64,000 nucleotides of DNA from Clostridia bacterium (GTDB taxonomy: Bacteria > Bacillota > Clostridia > Christensenellales > Pumilibacteraceae): contig JAAWAB010000020.1 in the NCBI GenBank assembly GCA_022791915.1, positions 4,391-68,390 of the forward strand, given 5' to 3'. Positions 26,009 through 35,803 of this stretch are shown here, one piece after another. A program made the position numbers and the translations under genes. The number at the start of each line of letters is the position of its first letter. Position 1 is the stretch's first letter. Below the pieces are notes generated by a model that did not search any database, was not told where the DNA came from, and worked only from the letters and a program-made list of their open reading frames with translations.

Positions 26009-27370
26009 ATGTTGAGTTTTAACAAAAACGAAATACTCGAAACCGTCCGCATGATAGACAGCGAAAATTTAGACGTGCGCACGATTACCATGGCGCTCTC
26101 GCTGTTCGATTGCGTGGGAAGGGACGCCCGCGAAACCGCCGACCTTATCTATAAAAAAATCGTTAACCGTGCGGGCAAGCTTGTGTCGGTGGGGAACGAA
26201 ATTGCCGAACAGTACGGCGTGCCCATTGTAAACAAGCGCGTGTCCGTTACGCCTATCAGTTTAATCGGCGCAAAGTGCGGCAATTATCGGTTGCTTGCCG
26301 AAGCGCTCGATAAGGCGGCGGAAGAAATCGGAATCGATTTTATAGGCGGATACTCGGCGCTTGTGCACAAGGGTACTACGGCGTACGAAAAAGATTTTCT
26401 CGAAAGCATTCCCGAAGCGATTGCGTCTACAAGAAAAGTGTGTTCGTCGGTCAATGTGGGGAGCACGCGCAGCGGCATTAACATGGACGCCGTGCGGCAA
26501 ATGGGCGAAACGGTAAAAGCGCTTGCTGCCCGTACCGCAGACGAAGGCGGCTTGGGTTGTGCCAAACTTGTCGTTTTCTGCAACGCCGTGGAAGACAATC
26601 CGTTCATGGCGGGCGCGTTTACGGGCGTGGGCGAAGGCGACGCAATTATCAACGTGGGTGTTTCGGGTCCCGGCGTGGTGAGTTGCGCGTTGCGTAAAAT
26701 CGGCAAGCAAGCCGACCTGCTCACGGTTGCCGAAGAAATCAAACGTACGGCGTTCAAAATCACGCGTGTGGGGCAACTTGTTGCAAGCGAGGCGGCAAAG
26801 CGACTGAGCGCGCAGTTCGGCATTGTGGATTTGAGCTTGGCGCCCACTCCCAAAGTAGGGGACAGCGTGGCGCAGATTCTCGAAGAAATGGGCTTGGACA
26901 GCGTGGGGGCGGCAGGCACCACGGCGTGCCTTGCCATACTCAACGATGCGGTCAAAAAAGGCGGCGTAATGGCGTCGAGCAGTGTGGGCGGATTATCGGG
27001 CGCGTTCATTCCCGTATCCGAGGATGCGGGCATGATTCGGGCAGTGCAAAAGGGCGCGCTTTCGCTCGAAAAACTGGAAGCCATGACGTGCGTGTGCAGT
27101 GTAGGATTGGATATGATTGCCGTGCCCGGCTCTACGAGCGCCGCCACAATCAGCGCAATCATTGCCGACGAGTGCGCCATCGGCATGGTGAACAATAAGA
27201 CGACCGCCGTGCGCATTATTCCCGCGCCCGGCAAAGAAGTGGGCGACGAAGTGGAGTTCGGCGGTTTGCTCGGCAAAGCGCCCGTAATGCCCGTGAATCC
27301 CTATTCGGCGGAAACGTTTATCCGCAGGGGCGGACGGGTGCCCGCGCCCATTCATTCGCTCAAAAATTAG
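26009..27370 (+). CDS. UPF0210/DUF711 protein (annotated in databases as a PFL-family protein)
   Basis: 453 aa. [24 protein letters not shown]...GGYSALV...[13 protein letters not shown]...[12 protein letters not shown] are typical of UPF0210. Confidence 0.8.
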   Translation: MLSFNKNEILETVRMIDSENLDVRTITMALSLFDCVGRDARETADLIYKKIVNRAGKLVSVGNEIAEQYGVPIVNKRVSVTPISLIGAKCGNYRLLAEALDKAAEEIGIDFIGGYSALVHKGTTAYEKDFLESIPEAIASTRKVCSSVNVGSTRSGINMDAVRQMGETVKALAARTADEGGLGCAKLVVFCNAVEDNPFMAGAFTGVGEGDAIINVGVSGPGVVSCALRKIGKQADLLTVAEEIKRTAFKITRVGQLVASEAAKRLSAQFGIVDLSLAPTPKVGDSVAQILEEMGLDSVGAAGTTACLAILNDAVKKGGVMASSSVGGLSGAFIPVSEDAGMIRAVQKGALSLEKLEAMTCVCSVGLDMIAVPGSTSAATISAIIADECAIGMVNNKTTAVRIIPAPGKEVGDEVEFGGLLGKAPVMPVNPYSAETFIRRGGRVPAPIHSLKN

Positions 27371-27436
27371 GAAGGGGTCGTAGCGCCTACAAAGCGCTTT
27401 ATCCGTGTGATAAAAAAATCCGAGAGGTGAATCAAT

Positions 27437-29212
27437 ATGAAAAGAAACGAAGTGAACGAAAGAGATACCTGGCGTACCGAAGACATATTTTCTTCGGTTG
27501 CCGAATGGGAAAAGGAATTCGGCGAAGTCAATAAACTTCTTCCGTCTATCCTTTCGTATAAAGGAAAGTTGGGCGATAAATACGATTTTCTTGCCTGTAT
27601 GGAAAACAACAGCGCCGTATGCATGCGTTTGGAACGATTGATTTGCTATGCGCAGTTAAAGCATGACGAAAACAGCGTCGACGAAACGGGACTTTCTTTG
27701 TACAGTCGTGCCGAAGATTTATACATGCACTATGCCACATATTCGTCGTTCGTTACTCCCGAACTCGGCAAGCTGGACGACGTGACGTTGTCCGCTTATA
27801 TGAACGACCCCGATTTGGCGGTATACAAATATATGCTGTCCGAAGTGCGCCGCAGTAAAAAACATATTCTGTCGGCAGAAGAAGAACGCTTGCTTGCGTT
27901 GGGGCAGACTACTTTTTCGGGATACGGCAACGTGTTCGGCATGATTAACAACGTAGATATGCCCTTTCCCAAAATCGACGTAAACGGAAAAAAGGTACGT
28001 TTAACGCACGGGTTATACAGCGAATGTCTGTCGTCTGCCAACCCTGTTTTGCGCAAAAAGGCGTTTGAGGGAATGTATAAAGCGGTAGGAAGTTTAATCA
28101 ATACCATTGCGGCGAACTACGCCGCGTCGGTCGCCAAAGATAATTATCTTGCAACGGCGCGCGGTTACGGCAGTGCGGTGGAAAAGTCCACCGATTCGGA
28201 CAACGTGCCCGGCGAAGTGTATCATAAGTTGGTAAAAACGGTAGGCGAGAATCTCGAACCCGTGCACCGTTATGTGGCGCTCCGCAAAAAAGCGTTGGGT
28301 GTGGAAAAACTGCACATGTACGATTTGTATGTGTCTATTACCAAAGACGCCGACTTAAAGCCCGACTACGAACAGGCGTTCGAGTTGGTGCTCAAAGGAT
28401 TGGCGCCGCTCGGCGAGGAATATCAAACGCTTTTGAAAACGGCAAAGCAAGCGCGTTGGATAGACGTGTACGAAACGGAGAACAAGCGTAGCGGGGCGTA
28501 CAGCATGGGCGTGCACGGCGTGCATCCGTATGTTCTGCTCAATTACAGCGGTACGGCGCACGACGTGTTTACCATAGCGCACGAATTGGGGCACTCCATG
28601 CACTCCTATTATTCGAGCAAGACGCAGGATTACGTAAATGCCGACTATTCCATATTCGTTGCCGAAGTGGCAAGTACGGTAAACGAAGTGCTACTTCTCA
28701 AATACATGATGAACAACGAGAAAGACCCCGCTATGAAAAAGTTCTTGCTGTCGTACTATCTCGATATGTTCCGCACCACGTTGTTCCGTCAGACGATGTT
28801 CGCCGAATTCGAGTTGAAAAGTCACGGCATGGCGCAGGCGGGCAAGCCGCTTACGGTGGAATCGCTTTCGCGCGAGTATATGAAACTCAACAAAAAATAC
28901 TACGGTCCCGCCGTTACGCACGATAAGCAAATCCGTTTGGAATGGGCGCGTATTCCGCATTTTTATCATGCTTTCTACGTATATAAGTATGCTACGGGTA
29001 TCACCAGCGCCGTGAATATTGCGCATGCGATTTTAAGCGAAGGCGAAACGGCGGTAAAGCGCTACAAAGAAAAATTCCTGTGCGCGGGCGGCAGTAAATC
29101 CCCGTACGACATTTTGTGCGACGTGGGCGTCGACCTCAAATCGGACGAACCGTATAAAATCGCCATGGACGAATTCGCGCAGACGCTTGCGCGTTTAGAG
29201 GAGCTTGTGTAA
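27437..29212 (+). CDS. pepF: oligoendopeptidase F (M3B metallopeptidase)
   Basis: HELGH zinc motif in TIAHELGHSMHSYYS. 591 aa, typical PepF length. Confidence 0.9.
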   Translation: MKRNEVNERDTWRTEDIFSSVAEWEKEFGEVNKLLPSILSYKGKLGDKYDFLACMENNSAVCMRLERLICYAQLKHDENSVDETGLSLYSRAEDLYMHYATYSSFVTPELGKLDDVTLSAYMNDPDLAVYKYMLSEVRRSKKHILSAEEERLLALGQTTFSGYGNVFGMINNVDMPFPKIDVNGKKVRLTHGLYSECLSSANPVLRKKAFEGMYKAVGSLINTIAANYAASVAKDNYLATARGYGSAVEKSTDSDNVPGEVYHKLVKTVGENLEPVHRYVALRKKALGVEKLHMYDLYVSITKDADLKPDYEQAFELVLKGLAPLGEEYQTLLKTAKQARWIDVYETENKRSGAYSMGVHGVHPYVLLNYSGTAHDVFTIAHELGHSMHSYYSSKTQDYVNADYSIFVAEVASTVNEVLLLKYMMNNEKDPAMKKFLLSYYLDMFRTTLFRQTMFAEFELKSHGMAQAGKPLTVESLSREYMKLNKKYYGPAVTHDKQIRLEWARIPHFYHAFYVYKYATGITSAVNIAHAILSEGETAVKRYKEKFLCAGGSKSPYDILCDVGVDLKSDEPYKIAMDEFAQTLARLEELV

Positions 29213-29215
29213 CGA

Positions 29216-30337
29216 TTGAAAACGCGTAAAACCAAAAAATTCCTTTTGTGTGTATTGTTGGTTGTGTTTGTGCTGTCTTTAACCGCCTGCGACGGTATGC
29301 GGTTAGACGTTTACGAGCAACAGGACGAAGACAACTGGTATTTCGAAGTGGACGTCGTGCTGAATCGCACGTTGGTACGCACGCTCGAATCGTCCGCCGT
29401 TTATTCTGCCGCGCACAAACATACCTGGACGGTCAGCGACTGGCTTGCCGATTATTTTGAAATTTTGCAAGAGAGTTTCGGGTTTTCGTACCGCTATGTG
29501 GGCGAACTGAACGAAAACGAGTCGCAGGTATATACGTTTGTGGTAAACATACCCAAGTCGACGTCAAGCACCGAGTTGTCGGAAGGGCTTTCGCTTACCG
29601 AAGGCGCCACACAGGACGTAAAAACCAATCTGTTTGTGCGTACGGTAAGCGTGGCACGCGACGACCGATTCAATTACTGGGTGCGTTTGTTTAATTCCGC
29701 TTACGACAGATATGTGGCGGCAACAGAAGATAAGCGTTTGTATCCCACCACGGGCGACGGTGATTTCAAAGCGAATTGCCAGTCGTTTATGGGGAGTCTG
29801 CTGTTCGGATTCGTGGAAATCCGCGCCGATCTCAAACCGCAAGACGTGGAAGGAACCCAAGGTTTTTGGGCGGACGACAAAGGCAACGTATATACCAAAC
29901 TGTTGCCCGGACTTACGGAAGCGTTTCCCGCCGTCAATTTGGACGCGTATACCGACGTATTGTTGCGCAATTACTGGTATGCGTCCAAAAAAATGAACGT
30001 GAATTACGATAACAAAGTGGGGGCGGCGGACAGCGACGGCACCCCCGATACTTACGGCGTATACTATCTGTTTGAAAAAACGGTGGGAGAAGGCGACACT
30101 ACGGTGGAATACGAATACTATCGTGCCGACCCCACGGGCTGGTATCTTGTGGCGATTGCCGCGGGCGGACTCACGGTGCTGATAGCGTATCTGGTGGCTC
30201 GGAACAAAAAACGCAGGCAGGAAAAACAACCGCCCGCAAAGGTACAGGATTCGTTCCCTTACGACCCGTTTGCCGATTATTTTAACGGAGAAGGAAACGG
30301 CGGAAACGATTCGGGGAAAATCGACCCTTTCGCATAA
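29216..30337 (+). CDS. lipoprotein with an additional C-terminal TM anchor, unknown function
   Basis: TTG start. Lipobox LSLTAC. C-terminal TM WYLVAIAAGGLTVLIAYLVA followed by RNKKRRQEK and a Pro/Gly/Asp-rich tail. Confidence 0.6.
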   Translation: MKTRKTKKFLLCVLLVVFVLSLTACDGMRLDVYEQQDEDNWYFEVDVVLNRTLVRTLESSAVYSAAHKHTWTVSDWLADYFEILQESFGFSYRYVGELNENESQVYTFVVNIPKSTSSTELSEGLSLTEGATQDVKTNLFVRTVSVARDDRFNYWVRLFNSAYDRYVAATEDKRLYPTTGDGDFKANCQSFMGSLLFGFVEIRADLKPQDVEGTQGFWADDKGNVYTKLLPGLTEAFPAVNLDAYTDVLLRNYWYASKKMNVNYDNKVGAADSDGTPDTYGVYYLFEKTVGEGDTTVEYEYYRADPTGWYLVAIAAGGLTVLIAYLVARNKKRRQEKQPPAKVQDSFPYDPFADYFNGEGNGGNDSGKIDPFA

Positions 30338-30400
30338 ATCGGTTTTGTAAGATGAGCAGTGGGTAAACGATGAAATTTCGCAGAAAAGAGAAAAAAGAAT

Positions 30401-32224
30401 ATGACGAATGAACAAATCAGAAATGTGGCGATTATCGCGCACGTAGACCACGGTAAAACGACGCTTGTCGACCAGATGCTCAAACAGGGCGGCGTATTTC
30501 GCAGCAATCAGGTGGTGGCGGAACGCGTAATGGATTCCAATGCGCTCGAACGCGAACGCGGCATCACCATTCTTGCAAAAAATACGTCGGTAAAATACGG
30601 CAACTATAAAATCAACGTGGTGGACACGCCCGGACACGCCGACTTCGGCGGCGAAGTGGAGCGCATTCTCAAAATGGTGAACGGCGTCGTTTTGTTGGTG
30701 GACGCTTACGAAGGTACCATGCCGCAAACCCGTTTCGTGCTCGGTAAAGCGCTTGAATTGGGACATAAAGTGGTGATTGTGGTGAACAAAATCGACCGTC
30801 CCGACCGCAGAGTGCGCGAAGTATGCGACGAAGTGATTGAACTTTTAATGGAACTAAACGCCACTGACGAACAGTTGGATAGTCCAATCATTTACTGTTC
30901 GGGTAGAAACGGCACGGCGTCTACCGACCCCGATACCCAAGGCGAGAATCTGATTCCTTTATTCGAAACCATTGTTCGGCATATTCCCGCGCCCAGCGGC
31001 GACCCCGCCGCTCCCGTGCAAATGCTCGTTTCGGCTCTCGATTACAGCGACTATGTGGGCGCAATCGGTATCGGGCGAATCGAGCGCGGCACGCTTAAAA
31101 CGGGGCAGAACGTATTGCTTGCAAATTATCATGCCGATAAACCGCCGCTTAAAGCAAAGGTGACCAATATTTATCAGTTTGAAGGATTAACGCGTGTTGT
31201 GGCGGAAACGGCTACGGTGGGCGATATTGTATGCGTTTCGGGCGTGGAAGGCGTTTCGATAGGCGATACGCTGTGCGACCCCGTTGACCCTACGCCCATC
31301 GAATTCCCCAAAATCAGCGAGCCGAGCGTGGAAATGACTTTTTCGGTCAACGACAGTCCGTTCGCGGGTAAAGAAGGCAAGTTTGTTACCAGTCGTCACT
31401 TGCGGGCGCGTTTGTATAAAGAAGCGGTGCGCGACGTCAGCATTCGCGTAACCGACACCGATACGAGCGAAGCGTTCCGCGTATGCGGCAGGGGAGAAAT
31501 GCATCTTTCCATTCTGATTGAAAACATGCGCAGAGAAGGGTATGAATTTCAGGTGTCTATGCCGCGCGTGCTCTTTAAGGAAGAAGACGGCGTAGTTACC
31601 GAGCCGATTGACACGTTGATTGCCGACGTTCCTACCGACAGCGTGGGCATTGTAATGGAAAAAATGGGCGTGCGCAAAGGCGAGCTTAAAAACATGAATG
31701 CGTTGGGCGAACGCATGCGGCTGGAATTTTCGGTGCCCAGCAGGGGACTGTTCGGGTATAAATCCGAATTTTTAACCGACACCAAGGGCGAAGGGATTCT
31801 CACGTCGGTATTCGATAGCTATGCGCCGTATCGGGGCGAGATAGACCGCCGTCCATGCGGCAGTCTGATTGCTTTTGAAACGGGCGACGCCGTGCCGTAC
31901 GGACTGTATAATGCGCAGGAACGCGGACCGTTGTTTATCGGTGCGGGTACGCGCGTATACGAAGGTATGATTGTGGGTGAAAACCCCAAGGGCGACGATA
32001 TTGTGGTGAACGTGTGCAAGCGCAAACAGATGACGAACATGCGCGCCGCGGGCAGCGACGAAGCGCTTCGTCTTACGCCGCATCGCGTAATGAGTTTGGA
32101 ACAGGCGCTCGATTTTATTGCCGACGACGAATTGTTGGAAGTAACGCCTGCCAATATCCGTATCCGTAAAAAGATTCTCAATGCGGAGTTGCGGGCAAAG
32201 GCACGCGCACACGCAAAAAAGTAA
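30401..32224 (+). CDS. typA: translational GTPase TypA/BipA
   Basis: IRNVAIIAHVDHGKTTLVD, DTPGHADFGGEVER and NKIDR. Confidence 0.95.
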   Translation: MTNEQIRNVAIIAHVDHGKTTLVDQMLKQGGVFRSNQVVAERVMDSNALERERGITILAKNTSVKYGNYKINVVDTPGHADFGGEVERILKMVNGVVLLVDAYEGTMPQTRFVLGKALELGHKVVIVVNKIDRPDRRVREVCDEVIELLMELNATDEQLDSPIIYCSGRNGTASTDPDTQGENLIPLFETIVRHIPAPSGDPAAPVQMLVSALDYSDYVGAIGIGRIERGTLKTGQNVLLANYHADKPPLKAKVTNIYQFEGLTRVVAETATVGDIVCVSGVEGVSIGDTLCDPVDPTPIEFPKISEPSVEMTFSVNDSPFAGKEGKFVTSRHLRARLYKEAVRDVSIRVTDTDTSEAFRVCGRGEMHLSILIENMRREGYEFQVSMPRVLFKEEDGVVTEPIDTLIADVPTDSVGIVMEKMGVRKGELKNMNALGERMRLEFSVPSRGLFGYKSEFLTDTKGEGILTSVFDSYAPYRGEIDRRPCGSLIAFETGDAVPYGLYNAQERGPLFIGAGTRVYEGMIVGENPKGDDIVVNVCKRKQMTNMRAAGSDEALRLTPHRVMSLEQALDFIADDELLEVTPANIRIRKKILNAELRAKARAHAKK

Positions 32225-32286
32225 ACGGGCGCAATTTTCGTTGCGACTTTCTATTCTATATAATATAGGCAAAACAGGAGAACATT

Positions 32287-33849
32287 ATGGCAGGTAAAGG
32301 TATCGGACAAAACGGAATCAATCCCGACCACCCCAATCTGAAAGCGCGGATATTGCCGCACAACAACGAAGCCGAACAGGCGGTTTTGGGGTGCGTGCTT
32401 TTGGATGCCGACGCGCCCATACATATTCTTACGGTGCTCACGCCCGCCGACTTTTACAGCAAAGCGCACGGAAATATTTTCGACGCCATGGTGCGTATTT
32501 CGCGCAGGGACGAGCCTGTGGACGTGGTAACGCTCACGCAGGAACTGGATACCATGGGACTGCTGGAAAGCGTGGGCGGACTTACGTATCTTGCCGATTT
32601 AAGCAACTGTGTGCCCGGCGCCGCCAATTATAAGCATTACGTGGGGTTGGTGCGTAAACTTTCCAATCTTCGCAAGTTAATCGGCGCGGCGCAGAAAATC
32701 ACCGACGTGGCGTTTGTGGGCGACCCCGACGACGATGCGTTGGGGTTCGCCGAGCGGGAAATTTATGCTTTATCCGAAGAAAACGACCGCAGTGCGTTGC
32801 GGGAGATTCAGCCCAGCGTAGTGGAAGCCATTGCCAAAATGGAAACAATGTACCGCGACCCTACGGCGGGGCGGGGAATTCCAACGGGGTTTAAGGGGCT
32901 CAATGCCATACTCAACGGATTTCAGCCGTCCGACCTGATTCTGATTGCGGCGCGTCCCGGTCAAGGAAAAACGAGTATCGGCATGAACTTTATAGAACAT
33001 GCCGCCATGCACGCCGAACGAAAGACGGCGGCGGGCAAATCGGACCCGTATAAATGCGCGGTGTTCAGTTTGGAAATGCCTGCCATTCAGCTTGCCAAGC
33101 GTATGTTGTGCAGTGAAGCGGGCGTGGATATGAGCAAAGCGAATTCGGGCAAATTGAGTCCCGACGATTGGCGCAGTATTGCGGCGGCAAAAGCACGGCT
33201 CGACAAGGCACACATTTATATAGACGACAGCTCACTCACCACTCCCATAGAAATACTTTCCAAATGCCGCAGATTAAAGCGGGAGAAAGGACTCGACCTT
33301 GTAATGGTGGACTACCTGCAACTGATGACGAGCGGCGACAGGGTGGAGAGCCGTCAGCAGGAAATCAGCACGATTACCAGAACGATGAAGATTGCGGCAA
33401 AAGAACTCAACGTACCCATTTTATTGTTGAGTCAGATGTCGCGTGAAGTGGAAAAACGTACCAACAAAAGACCGCAGATGTCCGACTTGCGCGAATCGGG
33501 CGCTATCGAGCAGGACGCCGATATTATCATGTTTATATACCGTGAATACGATAAAGACGACCCCGCGGTAGACGAGGAAAAGCGCAACAAAGTGGAACTT
33601 GTTATAGCCAAGCACCGAAACGGCGAAACGGGAAACGTGGAACTGCGTTGGGACGGACCTACCGTGCGGTTTTTGGACGTGGATAAGTCGCGCGCCACGG
33701 CGTCGCTCGAAAAGAATATTCCGCCCGAACGCGGCGTCGGCTTTGTGGGACCGGATGACGAACCGCCCGAGCCGTTTTCTTTAAGCGAAAAATCCGCCGA
33801 AGAGATTCTTTCGGTGCCCGACAGCGGCGACGTGAACGATATCTTTTAA
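32287..33849 (+). CDS. dnaB: replicative DNA helicase (DnaB family) with an acidic C-terminal tail
   Basis: LPHNNEAEQAVLGCVLLD N-terminal domain. Walker A AARPGQGKTS, Walker B VMVDYLQLM, plus SQMSREVEKR and ESGAIEQDAD. Confidence 0.92.
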   Translation: MAGKGIGQNGINPDHPNLKARILPHNNEAEQAVLGCVLLDADAPIHILTVLTPADFYSKAHGNIFDAMVRISRRDEPVDVVTLTQELDTMGLLESVGGLTYLADLSNCVPGAANYKHYVGLVRKLSNLRKLIGAAQKITDVAFVGDPDDDALGFAEREIYALSEENDRSALREIQPSVVEAIAKMETMYRDPTAGRGIPTGFKGLNAILNGFQPSDLILIAARPGQGKTSIGMNFIEHAAMHAERKTAAGKSDPYKCAVFSLEMPAIQLAKRMLCSEAGVDMSKANSGKLSPDDWRSIAAAKARLDKAHIYIDDSSLTTPIEILSKCRRLKREKGLDLVMVDYLQLMTSGDRVESRQQEISTITRTMKIAAKELNVPILLLSQMSREVEKRTNKRPQMSDLRESGAIEQDADIIMFIYREYDKDDPAVDEEKRNKVELVIAKHRNGETGNVELRWDGPTVRFLDVDKSRATASLEKNIPPERGVGFVGPDDEPPEPFSLSEKSAEEILSVPDSGDVNDIF

Positions 33850-33864
33850 CGGGGAGAGAACACT

Positions 33865-34185
33865 ATGGCTACAAGCAAAGACTATATCGATTTTATTTTG
33901 CAACAGCTTTCCGACTTGCGGGAAATTGCCTGTCGGTCTATGATGGGGGAGTACGTCATTTATTATCGCGGCAAGATTGCGGCATACGTGTGCGATAACC
34001 GTTTTTTGGTAAAGCCGGTTGCCGCCGCTGTGGAAAAAATGGCGTCGCCCGTTTTCGAACCGCCGTACAAAGGCGCAAAAGATATGCTATTGGTGGAAAA
34101 TATAAACGATAAAGTATTTTTAACGCAATTATTCGAGGCGATGTACGACGAGTTGCCCCTGCCCAAACCCAAGAAAAAGAAATAA
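33865..34185 (+). CDS. TfoX/Sxy N-terminal-domain protein
   Basis: DYIDFILQQLSDLREIACRSMMGEYVIYYRGKIAAYVCDNRFLVK is typical of the TfoX_N domain. Confidence 0.7.
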   Translation: MATSKDYIDFILQQLSDLREIACRSMMGEYVIYYRGKIAAYVCDNRFLVKPVAAAVEKMASPVFEPPYKGAKDMLLVENINDKVFLTQLFEAMYDELPLPKPKKKK

Positions 34186-34214
34186 CGTATATACGAAATA
34201 AAATCGGACATAAT

Positions 34215-34257
34215 TCTCCGTGTCAATCGCAGATAAGATTGCACACGGAGATTTTTT
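34215..34257 (+). terminator. Rho-independent terminator overlapping the next gene's RBS
   Basis: Stem tctccgtgt/cacacggaga followed by T6, immediately before ATG 34258. The right arm contains the ggag RBS. Confidence 0.55.
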
Positions 34258-34602
34258 ATGCGCAGAATTGCCGCCGTGCTGGGCGTGTTGCTCATGCTCA
34301 CGGGAGTTAAACTATATGAATTACAGCCTGCCGATTGCGGATATGCGGGGGAAACACGCGTGTTGTCGCATTCGGTGCGCTACGATTTTTTGGGTGACGA
34401 AACGTGCGCACGCAATGCCGTAAACAATCTAAAAGGGAAAATCCTGTGGAGTGAATCTTGTGAAAACGGCAAAACGGTATATTATGCGTACAGTAAGAGA
34501 ATATACGATTCTGTTACGATAGGCGGATGGCGCGTTAATATTGTGGCGGAAGTCGTGGGCAACGAAGTGCATATCGGCGTGCCTTTACTCGAAGACGGTT
34601 GA
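34258..34602 (+). CDS. hypothetical secreted or membrane-anchored protein (114 aa)
   Basis: N-terminal hydrophobic segment IAAVLGVLLMLTGV. No motif recognised. Confidence 0.45.
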   Translation: MRRIAAVLGVLLMLTGVKLYELQPADCGYAGETRVLSHSVRYDFLGDETCARNAVNNLKGKILWSESCENGKTVYYAYSKRIYDSVTIGGWRVNIVAEVVGNEVHIGVPLLEDG

Positions 34603-34716
34603 AGGAACAAAAAAATTTGAAAAAAATCGAAAAGTATGGTATAAACAAAAAAAATCGGGCGATAATTCCCGTACAATAAAAAAACAAAAACAATTTTTTC
34701 GGAGGTAACCCCAAAC

Positions 34717-35337
34717 ATGAGAACGTATAAGAGCAACAGACCCACAGCGGAAAAGAGTAAGAAACGCATGTCCAAAAAAGGCGTGTATGCGCTTGCCGCA
34801 AGCGCATCGGTCGTTTTGATTGCGGTGGCGCTTACGCTTTCGCTCACATTCGGATTGCGTAGCAACGTGCCCGCAGACGAGCAGGACAAGCCTGTGGTCA
34901 ACGACCCCATAGTCAACAAGATTACGTTTACCGCACCTTTGACGCAGTGCACCGTAACCAATGGCGCGGCGCTTAACAAATTGGTGTATAACGATACGCT
35001 CAAACAATGGCGCACGCACAACGGCGTAGACTTTGAAGCGGCGGCAGGCAGCGACGTGCTGTCGGTGGCGGACGGCACCGTCAAGTCGGTGGAAAACACC
35101 ATTTTGGAAGGTGTAGTCGTAACGGTGGAACATGCCGAAGGATACGTTACCATCTATAAAGGATTGGAAACGGCAGCCGTGGAAGCGGGCGAAACGGTAA
35201 CGGCGGGCGCAAAGCTCGGCAGTATCGGCAATATGATGTGCGAAAAGCACATGGGCGCGCACCTGCACCTCGAAATGAAGAAAGACGGCAAATACGTAGC
35301 CGCAACCGATTATATCGAACTGGAAAACAATAAGTAA
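34717..35337 (+). CDS. M23-family (LytM-type) metallopeptidase
   Basis: N-terminal TM anchor. HNGVDF (HxxxD) and GAHLHLEM (HxH) zinc motifs. Confidence 0.85.
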   Translation: MRTYKSNRPTAEKSKKRMSKKGVYALAASASVVLIAVALTLSLTFGLRSNVPADEQDKPVVNDPIVNKITFTAPLTQCTVTNGAALNKLVYNDTLKQWRTHNGVDFEAAAGSDVLSVADGTVKSVENTILEGVVVTVEHAEGYVTIYKGLETAAVEAGETVTAGAKLGSIGNMMCEKHMGAHLHLEMKKDGKYVAATDYIELENNK

Positions 35338-35346
35338 AACAGTCAA

Positions 35347-35375
35347 CAAAAATCCGTCGCCCGACGGATTTTTTG
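35347..35375 (+). terminator. Rho-independent terminator (first of a tandem pair)
   Basis: Stem aaaaatccgtcg/cgacggattttt with a T-run. Confidence 0.8.
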
Positions 35376-35381
35376 CTTTGC

Positions 35382-35416
35382 GGAACGTAAGCCAATCGCT
35401 TGCGTTCTTTTATTTT
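35382..35416 (+). terminator. Rho-independent terminator (second of a tandem pair)
   Basis: Stem ggaacgtaagc/gcttgcgttc followed by ttttatttta. Confidence 0.6.
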
Positions 35417-35548
35417 ATAGTAATGAAAGTTGCGTCGTATCGGTAAAAAAAGTTAGGATACAAAGCTCTTTACAAAAAATGTCGAGACAATAAAAAAACG
35501 GGCTGTGCACGGAATTTTCGGAAACATTGCATTTGTTTGCACTAACGC

Positions 35549-35577
35549 TTGATTTTGTATGGAGAATATAGTATAAT
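35549..35577 (+). promoter_or_regulatory. sigma-70-type promoter of the glycan locus
   Basis: TTGATT (35549-35554), 17-nt spacer, TATAAT (35572-35577). Leaves a leader of about 220 nt before the first gene. Confidence 0.55.
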
Positions 35578-35803
35578 TAACAAGAAAAATGGGCACCTAA
35601 TATACTGTTGGGGTGCAAATTTTTTCGGCACACTTTCATAAAAATCCCTGTTTATTCGGCTATTGAAAAGCTTGAAAAATCTTAATGAATTATGCAAAAG
35701 CCGAGATGTGACGAGTTACCGTAAATAATACATATATTTACGGGAGATATGTCGGAGTAGGTTAAGGCAAAAAGTAAAGGTATTGCGGTTAAAGGATAAA
35801 AAC

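Noticed and set aside
26284-27276. 330-aa minus-strand ORF inside the UPF0210 gene
   Set aside because: Ser/Ala/Thr/Pro-rich shadow frame of a conserved sense gene.
29564-30766. 400-aa minus-strand ORF spanning the lipoprotein gene and the start of typA
   Set aside because: It crosses an intergenic region between two strongly supported plus-strand genes. It has no recognisable motif or RBS, and its composition is typical of antisense shadow ORFs.
32287-33849. Intein or insertion in DnaB (520 aa is longer than usual)
   Set aside because: The extra length is at the two termini: an N-terminal Gly/Pro-rich lead-in and a C-terminal acidic tail. The Walker A to arginine-finger region is contiguous, and no intein splice motifs are present.
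34585-35349. 254-aa and 223-aa minus-strand ORFs opposite the M23 peptidase gene
   Set aside because: The sense strand carries the clear HxxxD and HxH M23 motifs and a terminator. The antisense frames have no motif.
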